Assembly (NCBI GenBank): GCA_965262915.1
Contig: OZ253564.1
Coordinates: forward strand, 3,456,001 to 3,520,000
Direction: 5' to 3'
DNA length: 64,000 nucleotides
Source of the DNA: Candidatus Spongiisociaceae bacterium
Lineage (GTDB): Bacteria; Actinomycetota; Acidimicrobiia; Spongiisociales; Spongiisociaceae
Shown here: piece by piece, positions 37,782-47,185 of the stretch
Numbering within the stretch: position 1 is the first letter of the stretch
How the letters are laid out: each line of letters starts with the position of its first letter
Position numbers and translations under genes: made by a program
The notes under the pieces: model-generated
The model's input: the letters and a program-made list of their open reading frames with translations, nothing else
What the model was told of the DNA's origin: nothing
The model's database searches: none

Positions 37782-39254
37782 CTACATCGAGTCGAGCGGG
37801 TAGAGAGGGCGGGGAGCGTGCAGAAACCGGAGATCCTCCAGTCGGGGTGAACTCGCCCCGGGAAGGTCGAGGGTCACCGCCTCCGGCGCCGCTGAGGGGA
37901 AGTTGGCCCGGTAGTCGCTGCATGAGCGCACCACCAGCACATCCGCCTGATGGGGGTCGAGCCCGGCGTGATGCCAGGTCGCCGGGTCGGCGGTGATGGC
38001 AGGCTTGGACGTTATCAGCAGATGGTGAGAACCGGACTCCAGTACCGCCCACTCCCCCATCGACACCTCCCTGCGCGTGAAGGACCGCCCCGCCAACCGG
38101 TAGCTACCCGCTCCGGATCTGTGGACTATCCCATCCACCAAGATCGAAGACGCGGCCGGGTTGAAACCCCCTCCCACCTGGACTCGCACCCTCTTGCCCA
38201 CTTCCGGCACGCACCGCCTGACAGCGGACGGGTCGAGGACGGTATGCATTACCACCATACCGGCACCGTGGATTGCGGCTTCGGAGACCATTGCCGGATC
38301 GTCTCCTGTCGCCCCGGCCGTCGGACAATCCGCAGTGTGTGCCATCAGGAAGGGCTTGATCGTAGATTTCCTCGCCGCCCGAAAGGCCATCGCGGGTTTC
38401 ATCAGCCGAGGCGTGGTCATCTGTTCCTTTCTCTGCCATACCTCGTCGGCCAGTTCCTCAGCGAGATCGCGAGCTCCAGAGGGGTCGGCTTCGGTCGTCA
38501 CCACCACCCCCAGACCGAGTTCCGGAACGTCGAGCCAAGGCTGGACCGGAAACAGCGAGACATCGAAAACATGACGGTCGGACCGCGCATCGGCAAGCCG
38601 GCGTATCTCCGACATCGGGCCGATGTCGGTGCGCATCGCTTCAGCCGGGATCAGCAGAGGTCGCTTGGCAAGGCCCAACGTGGGAGAGATCTCACCGTAC
38701 GCGATCGCGGTGACCAGCCGCGCGATCCGCTTGCCGGTGGACGCCATATCGGTGTGCGGCTCGGTGCGGTATCCGACTACCGCATCGGACAACTCGACCA
38801 TTCGCGTGGTCACGTTGGCATGGAGGTCCAGGCACACACCCAGGGGAACCGCACCGATGCGACGCCTGGCGATCTCGATCAATGCCGAATCAGCATCGAA
38901 TATGGACTCTGTCGCCATCGCCCCGTGGAGCGATAGCACCAACCCCTCCAAGTGACCCGCCTCTTCCAGGCGGTCGTCCAGCAGGCCTGACAGCCGGGCG
39001 AAGGTCTCGTCGGTCACCTTCCCCGATGGCAAGGACCAGGCCGCCAGCAAGGGAACAGGCTCCGCTCCCATCCGTCGTAGAGCGGAGAAAGCCCCTGCAA
39101 ACTCGGTATTAGTTCGCCTCAAGGCTTTGGCGGCATTCTCGCCCAGCAGGACGGTGTAGTCCTCCCACACGGTCGGACGGGAGCTGAAGGTGTTGGTCTC
39201 CTGAACTACAGAAGCCACCCCGACCCGGGGTCGTGCCAGTTGCCAAGGATCCAT
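37782..39254 (-). CDS. M81/MlrC-family metallopeptidase
   Basis: QETNTFS, LSLHGAM, LDLHAN, YRTEPHTD. Confidence 0.9.
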   Translation of the reverse strand: MDPWQLARPRVGVASVVQETNTFSSRPTVWEDYTVLLGENAAKALRRTNTEFAGAFSALRRMGAEPVPLLAAWSLPSGKVTDETFARLSGLLDDRLEEAGHLEGLVLSLHGAMATESIFDADSALIEIARRRIGAVPLGVCLDLHANVTTRMVELSDAVVGYRTEPHTDMASTGKRIARLVTAIAYGEISPTLGLAKRPLLIPAEAMRTDIGPMSEIRRLADARSDRHVFDVSLFPVQPWLDVPELGLGVVVTTEADPSGARDLAEELADEVWQRKEQMTTPRLMKPAMAFRAARKSTIKPFLMAHTADCPTAGATGDDPAMVSEAAIHGAGMVVMHTVLDPSAVRRCVPEVGKRVRVQVGGGFNPAASSILVDGIVHRSGAGSYRLAGRSFTRREVSMGEWAVLESGSHHLLITSKPAITADPATWHHAGLDPHQADVLVVRSCSDYRANFPSAAPEAVTLDLPGASSPRLEDLRFLHAPRPLYPLDSM

Positions 39255-40265
39255 TCAGGGAGCCGGAGTGAGGCCCACCGGCTGGTTCAGTCGGGCGGAG
39301 CGTTTGGCGGCGTCCACGATCGCGTGGGCAATCCGGGCTTTGGCGAGGGTCATCTCCGGTGGGGTGCTGTCACGCACCGAGCGGATGAAATGGTCGAGTG
39401 AGGCGGCGAGGTCCCCGCTGACCCGCCCTCGCGTCACGGGCCAATGGGCCAGGTCGGGCAGGGTCAGCCGGTCTGTGTCGACCACTGCCAGCCCGTGGTT
39501 GGCCCCGTCGATGAACACCCCGCCCTCGGTACCCACCACCTGCAGGGAGGCGTCGAGGGGCCCCGGGATCGAGGGGGGAAGTACCCAACTCGTCTCGAGG
39601 GAACCGATGATGCCGTTCTCGAACCGGACCAGCACCATGGCGGCGTCGTCGTGGCCGTAGGCAGCCGATCGACGGGAGATGGTCTCGGCATACACCCTGG
39701 TCACCGGTGAGTCAGCCAACCATGCCATGGCGTCGAGGTCGTGGATCCCTGCACCGATCAGCAGATCCGTCCACCTCCCGTAGGTGTCGGCGGTCGCGGA
39801 CGACGCCCGTCGGCGGGTGAATATCGTGTGAACCTCTCCCAAGCGACCGGAGGATACCGCGTTCCTCGCCTCCGTATAGCGAGGATCGAAGCGAAGGATG
39901 AAGTTCACCATAGCGAGCACTCCGGTGCTCTCGAGGGCGGTTACCAGCCGGTCGGTCCCCGCCAGGGTGGGAGCGAGCGGCTTCTCCAGCAGCAGGTGCT
40001 TTCCGGCTAGTGCCAGGGGAACAGCCACCTGGTAGCGGTGGTGTTCGGGTACCGAGACCGAAGCAGCGGAGAAGTCGCAGCGGTCCAGGAGGTCGGACAC
40101 TTCGGTGAACCACGGAACCCGGAGCCGCTCGGCCACGGCCCGCGCTGTCACCGGGTTGGTGTCGACCACCCCGGACAGCGCCGCAAGTGGGTGTTCGCTG
40201 TAGATGCGGGCATGGAGAGAACCGATGGCGCCCACTCCCACCACCGCGGTTCTGAGAGGTGTCAT
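39255..40265 (-). CDS. Gfo/Idh/MocA-family NAD(P)-dependent oxidoreductase
   Basis: GVGAIG, HLLLEKP, RFDP, IHDLD. Confidence 0.92.
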   Translation of the reverse strand: MTPLRTAVVGVGAIGSLHARIYSEHPLAALSGVVDTNPVTARAVAERLRVPWFTEVSDLLDRCDFSAASVSVPEHHRYQVAVPLALAGKHLLLEKPLAPTLAGTDRLVTALESTGVLAMVNFILRFDPRYTEARNAVSSGRLGEVHTIFTRRRASSATADTYGRWTDLLIGAGIHDLDAMAWLADSPVTRVYAETISRRSAAYGHDDAAMVLVRFENGIIGSLETSWVLPPSIPGPLDASLQVVGTEGGVFIDGANHGLAVVDTDRLTLPDLAHWPVTRGRVSGDLAASLDHFIRSVRDSTPPEMTLAKARIAHAIVDAAKRSARLNQPVGLTPAP

Positions 40266-40615
40266 CCCGACTTCCCGAGTTCGTCGGAGCGTCGGATCAG
40301 ATCGGGGGGACCGACCGGAACCCGGTGCGGATCGAGTCCGGTTGCGTTCCGGAGGGCGTTGACGATGGCTGGTGTTGAAGGCAGCGTGGGCGGTTCCCCC
40401 ACGCCGTCGAGGCCGTAGGGGGAGTCAGGATGGGGGAACTCGAAGAGTCGTACGTTGATGGGCGGCACACCGTCGATTTGGAGGTCGGAGGTGTCCGCGA
40501 AGCGACCCGGCACCCCGACGGGCACATCGGGACGCGGGATCGAGGTACCGACGCCTCTCGCGTGCTCCGTTCCCTCTCGCACCTCGATGCCCGATTGAGG
40601 GCGCGGTCCCCTCAT
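40262..40615 (-). pseudogene. Internally deleted xanthine dehydrogenase Mo subunit (PucD-like N-terminus fused to C-terminus)
   Basis: GVGTSIPRPD..GRFADTSDL (N-terminal motif) joined in frame to PPINV..PDSPYGLDGVGEPPT..AIVNALRNATG..RVPV (C-terminal motif); only 117 aa. Confidence 0.75.
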
Positions 40616-41604
40616 GTGAGGCACCCTTCCAGGTCGGACCGCAGGATCCGGCCATCGAGGTCCCGCCCGATGATCACCAACCGGCTGCTACGACGGCCCG
40701 ACCACCCACCGCCCGGGTACAACTCGAACAGACCATGCACTCCCTGAAGGATGGTCCGTTCTGGCCGACCGGCAATGTCCAAGATGCCCTTGATCCGGTA
40801 GATGTCGGCAGATCTCGTCTCCGTGAGTTCGTCCAGCCAGGCCGTCAGCCTCGATTCGTCCAACTCGCCGGTGATCTCGATGCTGGTGGCCTCCACTCCG
40901 GGATCTGCCGGGTGGGTGTACGTGTCATCGAAGAAGCCCTCGGCGGCCGATCCGGTAGACGGGTTGAACGCGTCGATACCGAGTATTTCGCCGGGATCCA
41001 CCCTGGAATAGGACGATCGGATGACCGGAGCAGTGTTGTTGAACCCCCGTATCCGGTTCTCGGTGGCCGCCAACGCGTCCTCGCTCACCAGATCGATCTT
41101 GTTCAGCACGATCCGGTCGGCACAGAGGATCTGGTCCACCACCCGGCTGTCGGGGCGGTCGGGTCCGAACTCGTCGAGGTGGCGGTCGACGTGCTTGGCG
41201 TCGACCATGGTCACTATGCCGTCGACCCGGATGTTGTTCACGAGTACGTCGACGAACAGCGCCTGAGTAACCGGAACCGGGTCGGCCAGACCGCTGGTCT
41301 CGATGACCACGTAGTCGGGAGGCTCGGGACGTGCCAGCAGTTCCTGGATGGTGGTGGTGAGGTCGTTGCGAACCGACAGCGTGCAGCAGACACACCCGTT
41401 GGCCATCTCGACCACCTCTTCGTCGGAGGAGACTATGAGATCGCCATCTATACCGATCTCCCCGAATTCGTTGACTATCACGGCGATACGCCGACCGTGG
41501 TCCGTGGAGAGAATGTGGTTCACGAGGGTCGTCTTTCCGGCACCCAGGAACCCGGTCAGCACGGTCACAGGCGGGATGGCACGGGCAAACTCCGTGACCT
41601 TCAT
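40612..41604 (-). CDS. CobW/COG0523-family G3E GTPase metallochaperone
   Basis: TGFLGAGKTT, NEFG, GCVCC, ETSG, NKID, YRIKG, QGV. Confidence 0.93.
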   Translation of the reverse strand: MKVTEFARAIPPVTVLTGFLGAGKTTLVNHILSTDHGRRIAVIVNEFGEIGIDGDLIVSSDEEVVEMANGCVCCTLSVRNDLTTTIQELLARPEPPDYVVIETSGLADPVPVTQALFVDVLVNNIRVDGIVTMVDAKHVDRHLDEFGPDRPDSRVVDQILCADRIVLNKIDLVSEDALAATENRIRGFNNTAPVIRSSYSRVDPGEILGIDAFNPSTGSAAEGFFDDTYTHPADPGVEATSIEITGELDESRLTAWLDELTETRSADIYRIKGILDIAGRPERTILQGVHGLFELYPGGGWSGRRSSRLVIIGRDLDGRILRSDLEGCLT

Positions 41605-42017
41605 CTGATCGCCAACTCCATGGCTGCCAGGCTGACCGAAGCCCCGGTAGCCAGTAGCGGAGGGTGCGCCTCTCCGGCCGGAGAGGCGGTTGCGAGGTTG
41701 CCGGCGATGGTTCCCCTGTTACGGATCTGGGGCGATCCGACCGTCCGGGAGGCAATCGCCAGGGCCGGCAACTCACGACTCAGGCGCTCGACAACATCCG
41801 TGAACGTGACGCCGGCCCCGAGTTCTACTCCACCATTTCTCCTGTGCCACCCTCTCGACTCGTCGAGGTGGGAGAGATCGAGCAGAGCCGCCGGGCGCCG
41901 CCGGGCGAAGTTGATCTCGACCATGAGATCGGTACCGCCGTTTATCGGAACCGCCTCGGAGTTCTCCGTCTTCAGAGCGACAGCATCCTGCCAGGTGCGA
42001 GGTCGAAGGTAATCCAC
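41601..42017 (-). pseudogene. Truncated xanthine dehydrogenase FAD subunit (PucC-like)
   Basis: DYLRP, GGTDLMVE, ELGAGVT, VGSPQIRNRGTIAGNL, ASPAGE; stops at 138 aa, about half the normal length. Confidence 0.8.
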
Positions 42018-42049
42018 TCCCGGTCTTCTTCCGGCAGCCACCGATGCTA

Positions 42050-42175
42050 GCGGTCTGTCTGCAAAATGATTCGGCGTGTCCTGGCAGCCATCGACGCACC
42101 GGCTGCCTCTCGCCTCCTCGACGTACACTACGGTACGCCTTCGTCGACTGGCCTCGCGAGGAACGCCGCCGTCTG
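42050..42175. mobile_element. Diverged, right-end-truncated third member of the MITE family
   Basis: CTA-GCGGTCTGTCTGCAAAAT left end and conserved core CGCCTCCTCGACGTAC..GGTACGCCTTCGTCG..GGCCTCGCGAGGAACGCCGC; no right TIR found. Confidence 0.7.
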
Positions 42176-42254
42176 CCGGGCGCCGGATACCGGAAAGGGC
42201 CTCGCAGGCCCCGGGCGTGATAGGTCCAAACGCGTCGCCCATGACAGGGAACAC

Positions 42255-42893
42255 ATGACCGGTAGGCACGTTGATACTGATCGGCCGAAGCATCTCCGGC
42301 GCGCAGTCCAACTCGAGGGGCTAACCGTTGGCTGGAACGCCGTGGAAGGGATCATCGCCGTGGCTGCAGCGCTGGCCGCGGGCAGCGTCGCTCTCCTGGG
42401 TTTCGGTATCGACAGCTTCGTGGAGACCGTCTCCGGAGCCGTGATCCTGTGGCGCATCGCTGCCGAGCGGCGCGCCACCGACGCGACCCGCGTCGACCAA
42501 GTCGAGGAGGCCGCCCGCCGCGGGGTTGTAATGAGCCTGTGGCTGCTCGCCGTGTACGTGGCTGCAGAGTCGATCCAATCCCTGGTCGTCGGCGACACAC
42601 CCTCCTCCTCGCCGGTCGGCGTGGCACTGCTGGTCGTATCGTTGGCCGTGATGAAGTGGCTGGCCAACGCCAAGCGGACCGTGGCCCGAGCCCTACACAG
42701 CCACGCCATGGAGGCCGACGCCGCCCAGACCGACTTCTGCTGGAAGCTGTCGGCAGTGGCGCTTATCGGATTGGTCGCCAATGCCGTTCTCGGTTGGTGG
42801 TGGGCCGACCCGGTCGCGGCGCTGGGCCTCGCAGCGCTGATCGCCACCGAAGCCCGCCGGACGTGGAAGCTGGGAACAGCCTGCTGCGGATAA
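42255..42893 (+). CDS. Cation efflux (CDF-like) transporter lacking the cytoplasmic C-terminal domain
   Basis: WNAVEG, GSVALLGFGIDSFVE, ADAAQT, GWWWADPVAAL, C-terminal CCG. Confidence 0.85.
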   Translation: MTGRHVDTDRPKHLRRAVQLEGLTVGWNAVEGIIAVAAALAAGSVALLGFGIDSFVETVSGAVILWRIAAERRATDATRVDQVEEAARRGVVMSLWLLAVYVAAESIQSLVVGDTPSSSPVGVALLVVSLAVMKWLANAKRTVARALHSHAMEADAAQTDFCWKLSAVALIGLVANAVLGWWWADPVAALGLAALIATEARRTWKLGTACCG

Positions 42894-43554
42894 GACCTTC
42901 CGAAACCCGGCACGAAGGGGTACAACGCTCTTGCCAGGCCCTTCGCTCGATCAGCCCCCCGGTCGCGCCGCAGCGTCTGGATGGTCAGGGCGACAAGGAG
43001 ACTGGAAGAGTGCGCTCCATGCCAGCAGCGCCCAAGTGGGCCACAGGGACTCGGTGACGGGCTCTTTCGGCAACGGCCACCGACAACGACCGAGGCACCG
43101 GCCGAAAGCGCCGTCTCTGTGGCACCGATCGTGTTTGAGGCCCTCGGTGAGATCATGATCGATGTGCTGAACATCGGTGACGACTCCGTCCTAGGTTTCC
43201 GGCTGGGCATCGTCGCGGACGCCGGGGACGACTGGATGTCGGAGGAGCCGGTCCCTTCACGCTCCGCTCGGTCGAGCGCACCATCCTGTGCTATACCAGC
43301 CGGGGTGTAACCGAAGACGGCCTCTGCCGCTAGCCGTGGTGCCCAACCATAAACGACAGCGATGGGGCACACGGGGCCGGGGATACCAGCGGTGCGCATC
43401 GGACAGTCAGTAACTGGGCAAGGGTCATGTAGCCATGCCATAGGCGGAGAGGTTGTACCGCAGAACCCGGATCCGCTGGTTAAGACCCTCTAGTAGCGTC
43501 CTTTCCGGGTTTGTGGGGTCGGGCTGTACAGGATCGGGATGAGAGACCCACGGT

Positions 43555-44298
43555 TCAGGGACGACGCGCCCGGATGATGGCGGAGTGGACCCCCTCCGCG
43601 GCCTTGGAGTTCTTTGTCTCCGTCATCTGGTGAGTGGGGACGATCTCCACATCGATCAGACCCGCGGACTCCAAGCCCTGCCTGTATTCGGTGAAGGACG
43701 GCGCCCCGGCGATACAGCCGACCCATGAGCCCCGCTCCTTGCGCTCCTCGGGACTGAGGGCGTCATCGGCGACCACGTCCGTCACCCCTACCCGCCCGCC
43801 GGGACGGAGCACTCGGGCGATCTCCGCGAAGACGGCGTTCTTGTCTTCTGACAGGTTGATCACACAATTGGAGATGACCACATCCACCGAGGCCTCGGGC
43901 AGCGGGATGTCCTCCATGTAGCCCTTGACGAATGCGACGTTGCCCACCGCCGCCTCGGCGGCATTGGCTCGCGCCAACGCCAGCATCTCATCGGTCATGT
44001 CCAAGCCGTAGGCGAATCCGGTCGGACCCACCCGGCGAGCCGACAGCAACACGTCGATCCCTCCGCCCGAGCCGAGGTCCAGCACGGTCTCGCCAGGGCG
44101 CAACTCGGCCACCGCAACCGGATTTCCGCAGCCGAGGGACCCTTCGGCCGCGGCCGCCGGAAGCTCGCCGATCTCGGACGGCTCGTAGAGGGCGGAAGCA
44201 AGCTCGAAGTGCGGCTCGGCCTCGGCCACCCTCGCCGTGGTGGCCCGGGCAGCGTTGGCGTAGCTCTTCCGCACCTGTTCGCGAACGCTTTCGGTCAT
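43555..44298 (-). CDS. arsM: Arsenite S-adenosylmethionine methyltransferase
   Basis: [45 protein letters not shown]. Confidence 0.9.
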   Translation of the reverse strand: MTESVREQVRKSYANAARATTARVAEAEPHFELASALYEPSEIGELPAAAAEGSLGCGNPVAVAELRPGETVLDLGSGGGIDVLLSARRVGPTGFAYGLDMTDEMLALARANAAEAAVGNVAFVKGYMEDIPLPEASVDVVISNCVINLSEDKNAVFAEIARVLRPGGRVGVTDVVADDALSPEERKERGSWVGCIAGAPSFTEYRQGLESAGLIDVEIVPTHQMTETKNSKAAEGVHSAIIRARRP

Positions 44299-44479
44299 GA
44301 CGGTCCTTCTCTGGCGCCGACCTACAGTACCTGCTTTGACGGCGACATACCGGTACAAGATCCTCCCTCCACCGAATAGCCCAGGTCTCCGACTCGGCCC
44401 GCAAACGATCGGTGGCCCTCACCTCAGCACCGCCGCGCCGGACCACAACAGCAGCGCCCAACCACGGCTTAAGCCACTA

Positions 44480-45309
44480 GGGCGTGTTCACCTAAAGTTA
44501 CACTGATGTGATATCATTACGATATGACAATAACACAAGAACAATACCAACTCATAGTAGACGTGTTCCCGAAACCCCGCGGTACCGTCAAGGTATCCAA
44601 CCTCCAAGCCCTCAACGGTATCCTGTACCTACTCGAGCACGGCTGCAAATGGCGGGCGCTTCCCGAACGGTTCGGGAACTGGCACACCGTTTACATGCGG
44701 ATGAGCCGCTGGGCGGCCAGCGGCGTCTTGGACCGGGTGTTCCAGCGTCTACAGCAGGAACAGCTCATCGACCTCGAAGTTCTGGGCCTGGACAGCACGT
44801 CGGTCAAGGTTCATCCCGACGGCTGTGGTGCTCTCCGAAAGCGGGGTCCCCAGGCCATCGGTCGCTCCCGGGGAGGGTTGAACACCAAGATCCACATGGT
44901 CGCGGCCAGCGCTTGTAGCGCCGTCTTATTCGCTCTTTCCCCAGGTCAGGACCATGATGCTCCCCATGGGCGGGAGCTCCTCAAAAAGATGGGCCCACGA
45001 AAAAAGGAGCAGGAAGGGGAGCAGCTAGAGCTGTTCCTGGTAGCGGACCGCGCCTATGAAGGGGACGAAACACGGCAACTGGCCGTCGCTCTGGGCTACA
45101 CGCCGGTCATCCCACCCCGAAGCAACCGCCGCCACCCGTGGGACTACAACCGTCCGATATACAAGCGACGGAACGAGGTCGAACGGCTCTTCCGACGGCT
45201 CAAAGGCTACCGGCGTGTCTTCACCCGCTACGACAAACTCGACGTGATGTTCCTAGCATTCATCACCCTCGCGCTCATACACGACACGCTCAGAAACGTG
45301 AACACGCCC
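44480..45309 (+). mobile_element. IS5-family (IS427-like subgroup) insertion sequence, 830 bp
   Basis: 12-bp perfect TIRs GGGCGTGTTCAC / GTGAACACGCCC flanked by TA duplication. Confidence 0.92.
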
Positions 45310-45312
45310 TAA
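44524..45312 (+). CDS. IS5-family DDE transposase
   Basis: GCKWRALP, LDSTSVKVH, GRSRGGLNTKIH, ADRAY, YKRRNEVERLF; stop codon uses the target TA. Confidence 0.95.
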   Translation: MTITQEQYQLIVDVFPKPRGTVKVSNLQALNGILYLLEHGCKWRALPERFGNWHTVYMRMSRWAASGVLDRVFQRLQQEQLIDLEVLGLDSTSVKVHPDGCGALRKRGPQAIGRSRGGLNTKIHMVAASACSAVLFALSPGQDHDAPHGRELLKKMGPRKKEQEGEQLELFLVADRAYEGDETRQLAVALGYTPVIPPRSNRRHPWDYNRPIYKRRNEVERLFRRLKGYRRVFTRYDKLDVMFLAFITLALIHDTLRNVNTP

Positions 45313-45728
45313 CGAAGGCCGCCCGGCCGATTGTCTCGTAGTATCCGCCGTCTCCCGCGATCGGCATTGCTACCCGATCACAGCTTCCTCGCCGTGCCTG
45401 ACCACGCCGTCGCAAGGGGGTTGAGCCTGTCACATTCCCATTGCATACGGGCAAGTAGCCGTAAACCCCACCGGTCCGCTGAGGTACCGACCGGACCGGG
45501 CAGGAATCATCGACGATGTGGCCGGAGCCGACCCACGGTGGGGGATGGCGGGACGCGTTTGGAATCTCAGGAGGTGGCGGCCGCGGGTGGGCCCGACGGA
45601 TGGATCCGGCCCGACGGTTTTCGCGTTCTCGCTGCGCGCAGGCCCAGCCCCGATTCGATAGGACAAACCGGTCGGCCCACGCCGGCTATGTGACACGGCT
45701 GGCCGACCACACCGCTATCTTCCGGCCA

Positions 45729-46346
45729 ATGGTTACCAAGGACGAACTGGCCGCCGCAGCCGCCGAGGTGTCGGCTGCGGACGGATTCGAGGCGGTGACG
45801 GTGGAGAGGCTGGCCGAAGATCTGCGGGTTCCTGAGCGTGAGGTTTCCGACCACTTCCCTACAGACGAGTTACTCCAGCAGTCGATAGTCTGGGTTGGCG
45901 CCGACGTATTCAAGAAGGCGGTGACCGAACCGGCCGCCGCAGCCCCGGAGGGCATAGAGCGGCTTAGGGCCTTGCTCTCGAACTGGGTCGACTACGCGGA
46001 TAGCGACGCCTACCGGGGTGGATTCGTCGGCGGGGCTGCCGACCTGCCGGGCCACATAAAGGATCTGATCGCCCGGATAGCCCGGTCATGGATAGAGACG
46101 CTGGCGGGACACGCGCGATTGGCGGTGGAACAGGGCGAGTTACCGTCCGGGACCGATCCGTACCAGATCGCCTTCGAGGTTCACGGGCTGGTGCAGGAGG
46201 CCAACTGGACCTTCCGCGTCCTAAGCGACGTGGAAGCCTACAACCGCGCTCGGCGAGGAATCGAGAACCGCCTGGGCAGCCAGACGTCCGACCACCCGGC
46301 GAGGTCATACGTGAATCACGCGGGCTCTGATGCTCAGAGCCGATAG
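45729..46346 (+). CDS. TetR-family regulator with degenerate HTH
   Basis: DGFEAVTVERLAEDL..HFPT, GIERLRALL, GELPSGTDPYQIAFE C-terminal domain. Confidence 0.75.
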   Translation: MVTKDELAAAAAEVSAADGFEAVTVERLAEDLRVPEREVSDHFPTDELLQQSIVWVGADVFKKAVTEPAAAAPEGIERLRALLSNWVDYADSDAYRGGFVGGAADLPGHIKDLIARIARSWIETLAGHARLAVEQGELPSGTDPYQIAFEVHGLVQEANWTFRVLSDVEAYNRARRGIENRLGSQTSDHPARSYVNHAGSDAQSR

Positions 46347-46700
46347 CAGGACGTTCATGTCCCGCGAGTCAGAGGTGAGAAGGGCGACATCAACGTCACG
46401 ATGAGTGGCATCCAACACCGCGACTGCGGTAGAGGCATCGATGACATCGGATGTGCCGGTCCTGCCGCACAGCTGTCCGGAGGCCCGTGCGGCCGACCCG
46501 TCGAGGGTCACCTCGTCGCATCGCTTCAGCGATCGCGACAAGAGAGCCTGCCGGCTCGCGTCCCGCCAAGCCTGACCGATCACCCCGGCGGGAACCCGAA
46601 CAGCTTCGCCGCGCTCGAACGCGGCCTCGATCATCGACAAGACGCGGCGATTGCCGCGATCCACCTGGATCAAGGCCCCGGTGTCGAGAACGAGCGTCAT
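46305..46700 (-). CDS. PIN-domain (VapC-like) toxin
   Basis: LVLDTGAL, VPAGVIGQAWR, DVIDA, LLTSD; overlaps antitoxin stop. Confidence 0.85.
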   Translation of the reverse strand: MTLVLDTGALIQVDRGNRRVLSMIEAAFERGEAVRVPAGVIGQAWRDASRQALLSRSLKRCDEVTLDGSAARASGQLCGRTGTSDVIDASTAVAVLDATHRDVDVALLTSDSRDMNVLLSALSIRARVIHV

Positions 46701-47059
46701 GGTCCGTAGAGCAGTTCCCGAGCCCGGGCGCGTTCCTCTTCGGTGAACGCCCCGTTCTCGGCCTGCCACTCATCGAGCAACTCCCTCCAACCCTCCATCG
46801 CCGCACGTTTCTTCTCCGGATTGTTGTGCCAACGGTTCGGATCCCGGTCAGCCGCCTCGTAAACCTCCTCCATAGCTGCCGCTAGATCCGGGTCGGACGG
46901 AACGACCGGACCTTTCACGCGTATCACGTAGAGGCGCTCCGGGGGCTCGGGCAGTTCGACGGGCCCATCGCCGACACTCTCCTGGGGTGTCGTCTCCAGA
47001 CGCTCATCGACCGAACCAATTGCTTGTGCTGTATCCATACAGGCAACGTACCCCATCAC
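46697..47059 (-). CDS. Putative antitoxin
   Basis: Immediately upstream of PIN gene; acidic; C-terminal LLDEWQAENGAFTEEERARAR. Confidence 0.65.
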   Translation of the reverse strand: MMGYVACMDTAQAIGSVDERLETTPQESVGDGPVELPEPPERLYVIRVKGPVVPSDPDLAAAMEEVYEAADRDPNRWHNNPEKKRAAMEGWRELLDEWQAENGAFTEEERARARELLYGP

Positions 47060-47140
47060 CTAGCTACGATCAAGACCCTTGACCGGCGCATCGGCCCTTA
47101 GCTCCGAATCGTCGACTCGTCTGCCAATGGTTAGCTACCT

Positions 47141-47182
47141 CTGACACCTGACACCTGACACCTGACACCTGACACCTGACAC
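47141..47182. repeat. Heptamer tandem repeat (CTGACAC)x6
   Basis: Six perfect units, 3 nt past the DUF885 stop. Confidence 0.95.
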
Positions 47183-47185
47183 CCG

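Noticed and set aside
42981-43310. 109-aa ORF with a TTTEAPAE linker
   Set aside because: Looks like a fragment of a lipoprotein gene; no signal peptide or recognisable domain
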